Source: Camelus ferus (lineage: Eukaryota). From it: a DNA stretch of 64,000 nt. The DNA lies in contig NC_045696.1 in assembly GCF_009834535.1 (NCBI RefSeq), forward strand, positions 100,876,001 through 100,940,000. The letters are read 5' to 3'. Position 1 is the first letter of the stretch, and every line of letters begins with the position of its first letter. This document shows positions 14,243 through 26,659 of this stretch, in pieces. The notes under the pieces are model-generated. The model was not told where the DNA came from and did no database searches. It saw nothing but the letters and a program-made list of their open reading frames with translations. A program made the translations under genes and the position numbers.

Positions 14243-14369
14243 ACCCTCTCATGCCAGGGATGGAGAAAAAGACTTTTAAAAATAACATAAGACCTCCAAA
14301 AAACTACCAGCTGGAGACCACACAAAAAAACCCTCAAATAGAATGAAGTCAAATAACTTCCCTCAACAA

Positions 14370-15150
14370 TCCCGTTACTGTTTGTACTGGTAAAGTCAGA
14401 AACCACTCAGGCGGTGTTTTCTCTCTCTTCCTCTCCCAAAGGAAGAGAAGAACGATCAAAGGCAAATGGCAATTGCAGAAGCAACGTGGAGAACCTGCTT
14501 CAACATCAGAAAAGAACACTGCGCCTCCTCATCGTGGTTTTGGATGCTTTACACGATCAGAAAAACTTCTCCAGTAACAAACTACAGTAAAGATCCCTAC
14601 AAGTAGAGGCTTGGCCCTGACCCAGCAGCCTCTGCTGGCTCCGCGGTAGCAGGGCACTTTTCACTGCTGGCAAGATAATTTCTCCCATTTCTGGTTCTAC
14701 TAGAAAAAGGGGGAAAGCACATTTGCACATACAGTCTTTCATATGCCATAACTTATCAACTCATTTCAACCGGAAATGTAATTTAACAATTTTTAAAACG
14801 GCCACAATTCATTAACACAATACTGAATGACAGCCAATGAGAATCGGTGTCTTTAAAGCCCTGGAGGCATTCACTCCACTGTTCCCGTAAAGCGGCCCCG
14901 CCCCCTGAAAAATAATAAGGAAAAGGCGGGTTTTGCCTTTGCTAGTGAGAATCGAGCTGATTCCACTGATGAATAAATCTTAGCGGTTGCATTCAAGGCC
15001 ATCCTAAAAGTTTGACTTTCAAACTGATAAAAGGTCACCAAGACTGTGGCAGGGAGGTGGACTGGGTAGCTGAGAACTAGCCCTGGAAAACAGAACCTTT
15101 TGGTTTTTGTACCATATGATTGCACTACCTGTTCACACTTTCCGGATTTT
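14370..15150. promoter_or_regulatory. Candidate promoter or unmethylated regulatory element
   Basis: About 18 CpGs in 14370-14990 by manual count. ETS CCGGAAAT 14770-14777, AGCCAATGA CCAAT box (core 14834-14838), TTTAAA 14852-14857, GC box GCCCCGCCCC 14895-14904. No repeat similarity recognised. Confidence 0.55.
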
Positions 15151-15325
15151 TAAAATAAAGCTGGTTGGCAGATTTGGGGGAAAAAATGGTCACATAAAAC
15201 TCTATTATTCATAAAGATGGACTGTAAATCCATTTTATATGTTTTAATGAATGCTGCATACAAATGGACTTCCAAGCCAGAATCGGTGTAAAACTATAAC
15301 ACACATAGTTCAGTAAGTTAATATA

Positions 15326-15494
15326 ACGTTTCTCAATCCTAGATGACCAAGTGACAAGCTTTAAACATGAAATAATGTTATCAAAATTCTATCCATAAAC
15401 AGTTACATCAGAATCTTTGCAGATGGGTCATGAAACCATCACTTTTTTTATGCTTCCTGAGTGACTCTAGTGTTTAGCCAGGTGGAGGACCACT
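15326..15494. mobile_element. MER5-like hAT-Charlie MITE
   Basis: GTTTCTCAA...ATCAGAATCTTTGCAGATGGG...GAGGACCACTG; size and termini match MER5. Confidence 0.65.
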
Positions 15495-16289
15495 GCAAAC
15501 TAGTGTGCTGAATGAGATACTGAAGTCTAAATGTCAGCTGGTGTCTACCCAAATGATGAAAAACTGTTCCAAATAAAGTATTTCAGCTTAAGAGAAAACT
15601 AGGCTGTCTACTGCTTCTGCCAGTAACTAAATAATAGTTATGGGTTGCAGCAACCTTGTCAGGGATGTGATTTTGTCTCTATGAAATTGAGATTTAGTGA
15701 GGTTAAATTATATATCCAAGATCACATACTCAAAAACTAGCAATCTGAACAACCCTGCCTGTCACGGAGGTCTATCCTATGACTTCCACAAGGTGCTATC
15801 TTTCATAGTGAAAATGCTCTACCTTTAATAATGTATGGCACTCAAACGTCCAAAAACAAGTCATTAATTTTCAAAACCAAAATTGACATTTAGACATCCA
15901 ATTGACTTTCTACATTGTTAATCTTAGGGGAAAGTATTTCCTTCCTTTCCTATTGTAGAATATTTATTTTTCAAATTTAGTTTGTGATCCCTGCCCCACC
16001 TCCATGCCAGAAAAAAAGAAAATTCTGACTTTCTTCATATGTGCTCTTATAATAATTTTTATGCACAGTTCTTACAACAATCACATTATTTGACTCAATA
16101 TCTAAACCCCTATAATAGAAAAATATTTACCATGCCACAAGAGTGCATATATAAATGGGCATGTTATATCACCTCAAGCCCAAAAGAATCTTCCATAATC
16201 CAAATTTATTTCCTAGAAACCCATTCCTTGAATGGAATCTCTCTTAATTAGCTTAATTAGCAAATTACCACTGTTTTAAAAACTCAACA

Positions 16290-16370
16290 TTTGCATTTTG
16301 GGATTACTGTAGATTCACATGCAGTTGTGAGAAGTGATACAAAGAGGTCTCATACACCCTTTACCCAGAC
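16290..16370 (-). mobile_element. L1 (L1MB/MC-like) 3' tip
   Basis: TGTAGATTCACATGCAGTTGTGAGAAGTGATACAAAGAGGTCTCATACACCCTTTACCCAG resembles an antisense L1M 3' end. Confidence 0.7.
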
Positions 16371-18451
16371 TCTACGCAGCTAAGCTCAGCCATTGTGCTG
16401 AATCAGACTCCTAGCACAATGCAGGATTCTAGAAGACTCTCGTTAGTCATAGTAGATTGTGATTAAGCAGCTAATCCAGGGAATTTATAGAAAAGCTTCA
16501 AGTTTTGTTTTGTTTTTTTTTGTTTTGCTTTTCTTTCTTTCTATTCAATCCCATTTGCCTTCATCAAAGAATCTAACAATCAAAAAACATTTTCAAAAGT
16601 AATTTCAGAGTGAACATGTGCTTTATTCTTACTGAAAATAATATTTTGCTTATTAAAAATACTCCTCTAATTATTATAAACCACAAAATACAACATAAGA
16701 AACAGTGAAGCAGATGGTGAAAATCAAGTTTTCATACAATTCAAAGTACCTTTCATACATTTAAAAAAATATATCAAGATGAATAAATTTTCACAAATAA
16801 TTTACATTTCTTCCATGTTTCCTAAGTATAATAAAACACTTACCTTAGTGAATTTGTATCTAAGAGGTTAAATACAAATGACAAATAATGTAAATTTATA
16901 AAATAATTAACACCAGTTTTCTTTGGTTAGCATGATTTCAAACACATGCTGAAATAACCTTGATTGCATTACCAGAAAGAAAACTAATCATAAAGGGGAT
17001 AATTTCTCAAAAAGAAAGATAGTGAAGTTTTATATTTATTTTTAAAATGTGACTACTTTTTATTTCCTGAGTTTTGTACTTTGAAATGGAAGAATGACAT
17101 TTAGACTTCACAGAGATTCTATTCTTTTTTTAAGCATATTTCCTGCAGATGCATTTGCAGAAATTTTGTATTGCTGAGTAAATAATGAATGAGCTTTGAG
17201 GGTGTGAGATTATAATATCAAAGATAAAGAAATAAACAAATTAAATAAAATATCAGTAATGCAAAGAACTTCTAATACTGATGTTAGGAAATAATATATA
17301 GCATTTTAATTTAACATATATACCACTGAATTTTCTTTTAAAATCAAATCAAATCTGTCATCAAGTTTCCTTTAGGTGGGTAGAATTTTGTAACACCAAA
17401 TTGTTCTTCAGCATTTGACCATAAAATTCCTCCTACTTGAAAATTATTTACATTTTAATTTTATTTTCATTATACTTTATTTTTCTGGTTCTTCTCTTAA
17501 TCTGATCAGCATTTGATTTTAACCTTTGTCTGCAGTGACTGAGTTTTTCCTTTAAAAGCTAATAGGAATACTTTAAGTATACGTTCTTCTCAAAGTTTAA
17601 AGTATAAGCCTCTTATCCTTTCACTGTTCTATCATCCTTCTTGGGTCAGTTTTATCCATTCCCATCTTAGGAGCTATAAAGTGTTTGAAGATGACCCCAA
17701 AGTCTCATCTCTTTTCAAAATACAATTTTATCCTAAACAGATTCTTTTTTATCTTTTTACTAAAACTTGCTTCTTCCTTTCTGATATTTCTCATAATTAA
17801 CGATATCAACATACCAATAAAGCAGAAATAAACTTATAACAATTTTTGATTTTCTTACATCTCTAAACCTCATGGCACATTGTGAACAAATCCCATAAAT
17901 ACTACCTCTGAAAGAGCTCTGAAAGGCTCTTATGAATATTTTGCTTTTCTTTTCATGGGCATACCTTTTCATGGGCATACATTCATGTCTGCTTATTTAG
18001 ATTAATAAAAATGTTATCCACTGCTCTCAATTTTGTCTCAAAATCTTGAAATTAATACTGGTAACTCATGGAAGCACAGATACAGTAGTGTTGTTGTCTG
18101 GGTTAAAAACTACTTCATTATTAATTACCTGTTGTGAAACTCTGAGCATCATATTCAGTGCCCTTCAGATTTTAATACCAATTTGTGGCCTGTCTTGATT
18201 CACAAAAGTTTCCCACCCTGTCATACTTTCTCCCATCACACCAGTGACATGGACCCTTAATTCTCCATGACTTTCTCCCAGTCTTACCTCACCTGATAAT
18301 GATCCCATTCCTGAAATGACATTACTGTCCCCACTCTAAAATTATACACATGCTTTAAGTTTTAGGACAAATGCCTTCTCCCTGTGAATTAATATTTCAA
18401 CCCAGTTAGAATTATTATTTTCTTTATTCATATTCTTAAAAAACTGCTCTT

Positions 18452-18589
18452 GGGGGAGAGTATAGCTCAGTGGTAGAATGCCTGCTTAGCATACAGAAGG
18501 TCCTGGGTTCAATCCCCAGTACTTTCTGTTAAAATAAATAAATAAATAAACCTAATTGCCTTCTCCACAAAAAACAAACAAAAAATCCG
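18452..18589 (+). mobile_element. tRNA-derived SINE (camelid vic-1-like)
   Basis: Pol III A box TAGCTCAGTGG, B box GGTTCAATCCC, (AAAT)n and A-rich tail, and a perfect 12-bp TSD AAAACTGCTCTT at 18440-18451 and 18590-18601. Confidence 0.92.
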
Positions 18590-19409
18590 AAAACTGCTCT
18601 TTAAGAATTCTTCATAAGTCCAGATCTAGAGTCAGTCTGCACCTTAAATTAAACCATTATTTACATTAAAAATTTAATAAATCATTAATAAATCATCAGT
18701 ATATGTATCTTAGTTTTACTCTAAGTATAAATAATACAAGCAATAGTTTTCCCTATTAGTTTTAACATAATGGATACTACTTTGGATAAAATGGATAAAT
18801 ATTTTGCCCTGAACATTTACTTTAGGAAATTTCTTAACTTTAATCTCTAAAACCAGTAATCAAGTTTATATAGATTTATAAAAAATTAAAATATTTTCCA
18901 TAAATCTGGATTATTTTATAATAATAGGGAGAAAGGAAGATTTTATTGATATATATTTTTTCTTTTTATCCCTTTATTTGTGGGTAATAACCATATAACA
19001 TACACTTCTAGGTATAACGAAAAATATGAGCCCGAAAGAAATCATTTTCTGTTCTCATGGTTTAATATAACACAAATCTCCTATTTTCAGTTGCAGGAAA
19101 ACATAGCATTAAAGAAAACCAAATGCAGGTGCCCTATAAGTGTAATACAACAAATGCTCATTGCTAAAACACAAATGCAAATAAATAATAGAGTAGTTTT
19201 ACACAATTATAACACAATGCAGTAGTTAAATTCATGGACTTTGAAGCAAATTATCAATTTGAACACAAGCTTGCCCAGTTCCAGAAATCACAATATTAGT
19301 TACTGAATCTGTGAGATTACCCCAGTGTCAGAGTCATTTCACAGTTTCCAAAAATTGCAAGCATTTATATACTATATACTTGTTATAGGGTCTGTATAAC
19401 CTTATTTTT

Positions 19410-20758
19410 CAGACTATTTTTTAAGAGAAGTTTTAGGTTTACAATAAAACTAAGAAGAAGGTACAGAGATTTCCCATATACCTCCTGCTCTCACAAGTGC
19501 ATAGCTTCCCTCATTATCAACATTACTCACCAGAATAGTACATTTTTTACCTAGAATAAGCCTATGTTGATCTCCGTAGTTTACCTGAGGGTTCATTCCT
19601 GGGGTGGTGTACATTCAGTGGGGGTGGACAAACGTATAATGACATATCATATAGAGTAGTTTCATTGCCCTGAAAATCCTCTGTGTTCTACCTTTTCTTT
19701 TCTCCACAACAACTTTACTATATATCCCTGGCAACCACTAATCTTTTTATTGTCTCCATAGTTTTGCCTTTTCTGGAATGTCATACAGTCGGATCATACA
19801 GTATGTATGTAGCCTTCTAGATTGGCATCTTTCACTTAGTAATATGCATTTAAGTTTCCTGCATGCCTTTTCATGGCATGACAGCTCATTTCTTTTTAGC
19901 AGTGTTGAATCTTCATGTATTTTGGGTTTTTCCAGTTATCTTTCTGATATTTTTTCTAGATTAATTCCATTGTGGTCTGAGAGCAGACATTGCACGACTT
20001 CTATTCTTTTAAATTTCTTAAGTGTGTTTTATGGCCTAGAATATGTCTTGGTCTATTAATGTTCCATGTGACCTTGAGAAAAAGGTGAATTCTGCTGCTG
20101 ATGGATGAAATAGTCTATAGATGTCAATTATCTTCAATTTATTGGTGTTGTTTTTCAGCTATCTCCTTACTGATTTTCTTTCTGATGGATCTGTCCATTC
20201 CTGAGTGAGAGGTGTTGAAGTCTTAAATTATGATCATGAAAGTATCTATTTCTCCTTGTAGTTCTATCAGGTTTTGCCTCATGTAGCGTGATGTTTGTAG
20301 TTTGTAGTTAGGTGCATATATGTTAAGAGTTGCTATGTCTTTTTGGAGAATTGACCCTTTTTATCTATACAAACTTTCCTTAGTTTAAAATTCACTCTGC
20401 CTTGAATTAATATAGTTACTCCTGCTTTCTTTTGATTACTGTTAGCATGTGTTTCTCTCCATCCACTTACTTTTAAATACAAACTGGGTATTCTGTAGAC
20501 AACATATAATTGAGTCATGTTTTTTGATCTTAGCCTGGCACTGTTTTCTGCTCCTTTGTGTCTGTTTCAGGAAGCTATGACTCCCTGAATTCACTTGTCT
20601 CTCCAGTCTTGGGGGCAATAGTTTGCCCAGGGTTCTCCGTTTCTCTTATAGATCCAATAAAAATTGTTGATTTTTCAGTCTATTTAGCTTTTTACCTGTT
20701 TTTGGAATGAAATGGTGACTTCCAAGCTCTTTAAATACAAAAACAGAAACCACTAGAT
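19410..20758 (-). mobile_element. L1MD-like element with both termini and large internal deletions
   Basis: 3'UTR at about 19410-19900, endonuclease remnant (GWRETHANSNQKKAGVTILI, ORF 20333-20518), and an L1M 5'-end-like segment at about 20530-20758. TSD CCTTATTTTT at 19400-19409 and 20759-20768. Confidence 0.85.
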
Positions 20759-21079
20759 CCTTATTTTTAATCAGATGTGCCAATTCCACAAATTTTGCTT
20801 TTTTGTTTACAGGATGTATCCTGATTTTAATGCAAAGAATATGATCTTCATAGGTCTAGAAGTAACTGTATTAGAAAATACAGTTAATCATAAGTTATGG
20901 TTTTATTATTGTTGGATTGTACTTTATACCAAATACTTAACCTCACATTATACACAACTGAACCATCATTACAGTTGTAATTTTTACCCAAATAGGATTT
21001 TAGAGAAAAATGTTTATTTACTTATTTAGTAGGTATTTGTTGATCATCTACTAGAAAAATATCTTCTATTTGGATCCAT

Positions 21080-21895
21080 TAACTCACTCAATTTTTTAAA
21101 ATTGAATTTTTAAAAATTGAATTTTTACTATGAATTAGGTACTTCAATAGTCAATGTTAAGACAGAGGGAAAAAGTCCTACTTAACAGAGATTGAGTTTT
21201 AGTGTGAACTTTTATTATAGGCACTAAACAAATAAGTACCAAGAAGGACCTGGACTTCTGGGAGTTGAACACTCAGTCCCTGGGAAGTTCCTATAGGAGG
21301 AAGAAATAAGTTCTAAGAAGGGACAGCATGGTATGACAGTCAAGAGTCCAGAGAGGTGATCAAGAGTCAAATGTTTTAGAGGAACTGAATAAAATTCCAC
21401 ATGGACAGAGCAAGGTAAAGGGAGGCAGAGTTGCGGACAACAGTAGAGAAAAGGGTGAAGTAGGCAAATGGCAGACCTCAAAGAACCCAGAAGAAAAGAT
21501 AAGTATTTTAGATACATACTAACCTTAAAGACAAGATGGAAAATTGTAAACAGCCTAGCTATGTGTTGAAGTATGTGTTGAAGTAATACTGCCTGCAGTG
21601 TGGTAAAGAGATTAGGAAAGTTTTGTCACAAGGAGTGAGTTGGAAGGATATTAAGAGTAAGTTAGGTGAGAAATAAAGGTGGCTTTCAAGTAGGATGGTG
21701 ACAATGGAGTCTAGAGATATGGTTAAATTTAAGAGACAGAAATAGTTTTGACAAGTTTATAAATATATACTTTATATATATCATATGTACATATATACGT
21801 GGGTATATATACGTGATGTGGAGGGAAGAGGGAGAGGAAAGAGTAGTGAGAGATGACTCTGGGTTTTAGCTTAAGGAACTGGATGAATGGAAATA
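21080..21895 (-). mobile_element. L2 3' region
   Basis: Antisense L2 motifs: TTAGGTGAGAAATAAAGGTGGCTT, GAGATGACTCTGGGTTTTAGCTTAAGGAACTGGATGAATGG. Confidence 0.7.
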
Positions 21896-22110
21896 ATGGT
21901 TAATGTTTATTGACCACCCACTTTGTCATGCAGTATTCTACGTGATTTACATGTAATGACTAACTTACTATTCACAGCAATCATTTAAGAGAGGTGTTAT
22001 TATTTTCCCTATTATACAGATAATTGTAAGGCACTGAGATTGTTCAAGATTACACTTAGTATAAATTGTAGACCTTGAACACCTGGCTCCCTCAGAGCCC
22101 AACCATTTAA
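21893..22110 (-). mobile_element. MIR SINE interrupting L2
   Basis: TAATGTTTATTGACCACCCACTTTGT...CCCTATTATACAGATAATTGTAAGGCACTGAG is an antisense MIR. Confidence 0.8.
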
Positions 22111-22119
22111 TCATTGGCT

Positions 22120-22850
22120 CTTGTGAGATTTACTGAGAGAGAGACTTTGGAGAAGTATTCAGTTTAAATTTCAGGGAGAAAAATGAGTTCTGTTTTGGAC
22201 TTGATTTTGAAGAGCCTGTGATATAGCCAAATGGAGATTTCTTGAGTATACTTTGCTTCCGTAAGTCTACAATTCAGGAGAGAACTGTGGCTGGGAGATT
22301 TACATTGGAGAGTTTTGAGTAAACAGATGGACGCTGAAGTCATGGAAGTAGATGAAACTGTCAAAGTGAGAGGTTGAGATGGAAGTCGTGTATCCTTGGC
22401 CTATTTATGAGTTTTAGAGGGGATGTAAAGATGTAATCACAGTCCCCTCATGGACTCCTATCTCATGACTAAACACACAATTACAATATGGAGTGATGAG
22501 TGCTAAATCAGAAGGCAGAAGCACTGAGGATAATTTACCTCCTGTAAGAGAAGGCCATGGTCCATGAAACCACCTCCTGGAGGCTGCAGTACCTGAGCTG
22601 AGTCTGGAATGATGGCTTGAAGTAAATCAGGTGAAGAAGAAAGGTGAAGTATCAGTTCACCTGGACAGTAGACATTCAGGTAGTGCAAGCTGTCCAAGCA
22701 AAAGCAGTGACAGTGACCCAGGCCTGGGTGCCCCTTGGGGAGTGTGATTTCTGCAGTATGGTTGAAATGCGTGTGGAAGGGAGGTGCTGAGAGGCAAGGC
22801 TGGGGGAATGGGTCAACTAACAGAAAGCTTTGCAAGTTATAGCTTCCATC
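22120..22850 (-). mobile_element. L2 fragments (continuation plus a second 3' piece)
   Basis: TGAGTTCTGTTTTGGACTTG, GCTGGGAGATTTACATTGGAGAGT, TGAAGTCATGGAAGTAGATGA; a second purine-rich L2-like block at 22430-22850. Confidence 0.65.
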
Positions 22851-24559
22851 TGCACTTTAGCCAGCATGTGTTGACCACGTAGAGGGCTTTCCTATGTAAA
22901 TGTGAATATCAGAACATGTCATATAACCCCTGTATAGTTCATGTGCTCATGTATTCAGATGAACTAGGGAGTAAGTCACAATTTCATGCTTAACTAACCA
23001 AACAAGGAGAAAGAGCCTATTTTCCTTACACATCTTAAGGAATATTTTACTTGCTAGCCCTGAATTTTACCACTTAAAAACACTGCCATGGCAGGAAGAA
23101 TTTAAAAAGCAGTGCATCAGGAAACAAGATGTTGATTTTTTTTTCATTAAAAAATATTACCATACTCCTTGCTCTCCCAAATTTTAAAATTCCATTGTCA
23201 TAATATGCTTTACCTGATGCCAACGCTGCCTGGTAATTGGAAATCCCCAAAAGCAGTAATTTGTTCACACAGATAATTGTGTCAGGGAGTCTGACCACAG
23301 CATTGCTGGCTACCTTGCAAGTTAAATTCCAGATACTGTCACCATAACAATCTACATATGGCATTCCTTTAAAAAAGGATTTCTCAAAATTGTGTTCTAA
23401 TATTGGTTTGTTGAAACAAGTTTACTAAAATTGTAAAGCTTGCTTCCCAAATACCTGAAAAGACAAGTACATAGTGTTTTTTTATTACTACTTTTCATCA
23501 TATTTTGTTTAGTATTCTAAAATCATGATCAAGTAACATGCCCCCAATCAAATTGGCAATGGCATTTGAGCAAGTATGTTTTAACAACAACAACAACAAC
23601 AAAATTCTGGATAAAACATAAAAAAAAAAGCAACAACTGCTTATTATATGATTTTACAAAAGTATAAATCTCATTAGCAGGCATAATTTATGAGATTATC
23701 TTTATTTATGCTAATGTATGACTCAAAGTGTTTTCTAACGTCTCATTTGAACTGTAATAGAGGATTTCAATGTGATTGACACAGACTTTATCCTCCCTGT
23801 TGCATCTAGTTGTTTTTCTCAGGCATGTGTGTATTTTACAGTGTTCCCACAGAATTGTTAATGAGCCTTCAATTTGTGCAAACTGGAAACAGAAAGTAAA
23901 AATTTCCCTCCCCAAGATATTAGTACATGACTTCAAAATTAAATATGAAAACATTTCAATTTCAACACAAGTATATTAACCCTAGTGCCAGGCACATGTG
24001 ACTTTAAAAATGTTATTTTGTGCTTTAATGAAGGTGTATAATTTGGGGGTGGGGACTCCTTTATAGTGGGTGATTGGGCTGCATTTGATGGAGGAGTAGA
24101 GAGCTGTATATGACATACACATCACTTGAGGCAAAAGATTGAAACATTCTGCATTTCTCATTTAAAATCCAATATAGCACTTTGGAAAGTGATGTAAATT
24201 TTAACAAAAATATAAGACATTTGACTTGCACATAGTGATGAAGAATTTTACAATGAAGTGTCTCTCCAAGTCAACAGTGAGTAATCCCAGAGCATAAATA
24301 TCACTAAAGAGGGAGTTCTCTTTTTTTCTGGAACTCTTCCATTTTGAAATTCACCTGTATTTTTTTCCCCCTGACTGGGCTCCTGTATCTTGTGCAGATA
24401 TTAGTAGGTTTTATACAGGTTCCCAAGGTTATTCCCTCTCTTTAAATCTTGCACCCCTCCCCATCTCCTTGCCAGAATTTGTTCATCAGTCAGAAGGAAA
24501 GAAGAAAAGGCACATAAGAGCTGATCCTTCATTTACTCTACGTCAAACTCAGTTTTAGC

Positions 24560-24740
24560 CCTTTTTATTGATCATTGCAACAGACCCCTGTCTGTTGTGT
24601 ATCCTGGTTTATCTGGGTAATATTATTACCCTGGTTTAAAAATGAGAAACCACAGGTCATTTACAAAATTACTAAGTGACAGAATCAGGACTTTTGATTC
24701 TATATGGGCTATATGGCTCCAGGCCAGAGTCTTCCATTTT
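24560..24740 (-). mobile_element. MIR fragment
   Basis: TATTATTACCCTGGTTTAAAAATGAGAAAC...CTAAGTGACAGAATCAGGAC...GGCTCCAGGCCAGAGTCTT. Confidence 0.6.
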
Positions 24741-25603
24741 ACCCGTCTCTATAATTCTCATCCCTAAAGGAAGGAATCCTAGAGACTAGTGATTGGTGGG
24801 GAAGAGACGAATTTAATAAAGAAAGGTGTTTTTTTTTTTTCTTTTGATGAGGTTTTGCATAGAGGTGGTCAAGAGCCATGCTCAGAGTTTAAGGGTATTG
24901 GATAGGAAAGAAAAAAAAAAAGGTGAGTTTTGAGAGACATATTTTGTGACTTCTTATGTCATTCTAGACATACAAATAAAAGAGACTGTAGTTATGTTGA
25001 TGTGAATTTGGTTCTATGGGGTTTTTTTGTTCATGAAAATATTCCCAGAATGAATCATGAGAATTATGGCTAAGAAGTGCTACATTCTCGTGGACCATGC
25101 CAGGTCTTCATCACTGAAGGCCCCACAATTTTTCCCAAGAACATTCTCCCTCTCAAAAGGGAAGCTTTTTCCAAGCCAATAAAATCCTGCCTCCCTGGAA
25201 AGAAAAAAAAAAAAAAGTTTTTTTTTTTTCCAAAGCACTTTTTGTCTTTTTTTTCCCCGCTTGGTTCATAATAAAACATTTTAATCACTGTGGTCTCCAA
25301 ATAAAACTGCTGCTTCCTGCCATATATCTGGGCGTAGAGGGAGTTACACTAACTACCCAGTCTGCTGATAGGGAAAGCCTCATTCTCCAAATGCAGCACA
25401 AAGTTTCACACAGTTGAAGAGAGCAGCCCACGCAAAGCCAGTGGAGGAGCAAATTAAAAGTTAGTTCTTTGTGCTAGGAGAGAATTCCACTTCCAGTAAA
25501 GAATCTGCTGGTTAATGCCATCATTTCTCCTAATTCTTTTACTTTAGGGACAATCAGCATTTTAAACATCACCACATGGACCAATTTTTATCAGCCACAC
25601 GCT

Positions 25604-26495
25604 AGGTGGTGTGCTGGTAAATGCTTAATAACCACTTCCAATCTAGCTCTATAAATATGCCTATATACACACACAATGTACATGTTTATTATCAATTTTA
25701 CTCATATAAAAGTGGTTTAGTACACAATTTATAAATAATAATAATAAAATACACCATGATCTTTATTATAAATTCTATATTACCATTGTTTGTTGATTTT
25801 TGCTGAACTCTTGTGTTTCTAACAAACTGTATTTGCAAATGATGAGGTAAGTCCCCAAAAGTATGTTGGATGTTGCTGGATATTTTAATTTACGTTAAAG
25901 TAGGACAAAAATGGAACAAAAGAGTCAGACATTGTCAGAACTTCACTTCTTTGCAATAACACATGAGACTTGTTTGCTAAATTGGATAGTGACTTTCAAA
26001 AAGTGGAAAAATATTTTCAAAATATTTGTAATAGTGTCAATTCAATGGCCGCAGATGCAGCACACTTTAAGTTTAATATTTATTAACAGTTTTTCTGGCA
26101 CATGTTATAAGCCCAGAAATCAACCAAACTGCAAGGAACATTTTGATTTGTAATATTTGACAACTTCCAAGGGTAAAAACTCCCACCAAGGTCAATGTTT
26201 AAGCTGTCAGTGTAATGTTACCAAATATCGCATTGGGAAGAGAGGTACAGAAGGAAACTAATGTATAAGTTTTAAATCTTACAGATACAATGGATAATAA
26301 TAACCTTGAGGGCAAAGGAAATAGAAATGGATAATGATGAGTTTGAGTGTTTATTAGCTTTGTTTTAATATAATTATTGAAAGAGAAGTCTATATAAATT
26401 AATTTTTAATAATGACTAATCTTTACTAATCCTTGAAATTTTAACTGTGGCCTCTCGTGGGTCATCCTGAGCCTGGCCCAGTGCTGTCACACTTG
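25604..26495. mobile_element. MER63-like hAT-Blackjack non-autonomous DNA transposon
   Basis: Starts GTGGTGTGCTGGTAAATGCTTAATAACC (MER63-type terminus), has an AT-rich interior of about 0.9 kb and a degenerate opposite end. Confidence 0.7.
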
Positions 26496-26659
26496 GTAAG
26501 TGGGTTGTTAACGGAAAATCTGGCTGGTGAGCCTCTCTGTCTCCTACTGGCAAGTAACTGGTGTAAAATAATGCCAACATATTCCTCGTTAATTTTGACA
26601 AGACAAAATGGAGCAAAAATTAGTTTTCTAAAAATTTCTATCAACTGTCTTACATTTGA

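Noticed and set aside
17949..17980. Short tandem duplications (also about 21088-21127, 21559-21584, 58780-58800)
   Set aside because: Two-copy 11-16 bp slippage events with no array or spacer structure.
18452..18525. tRNA gene
   Set aside because: The acceptor stem is not well paired, and an A-rich tail and TSD follow, so it is a SINE.
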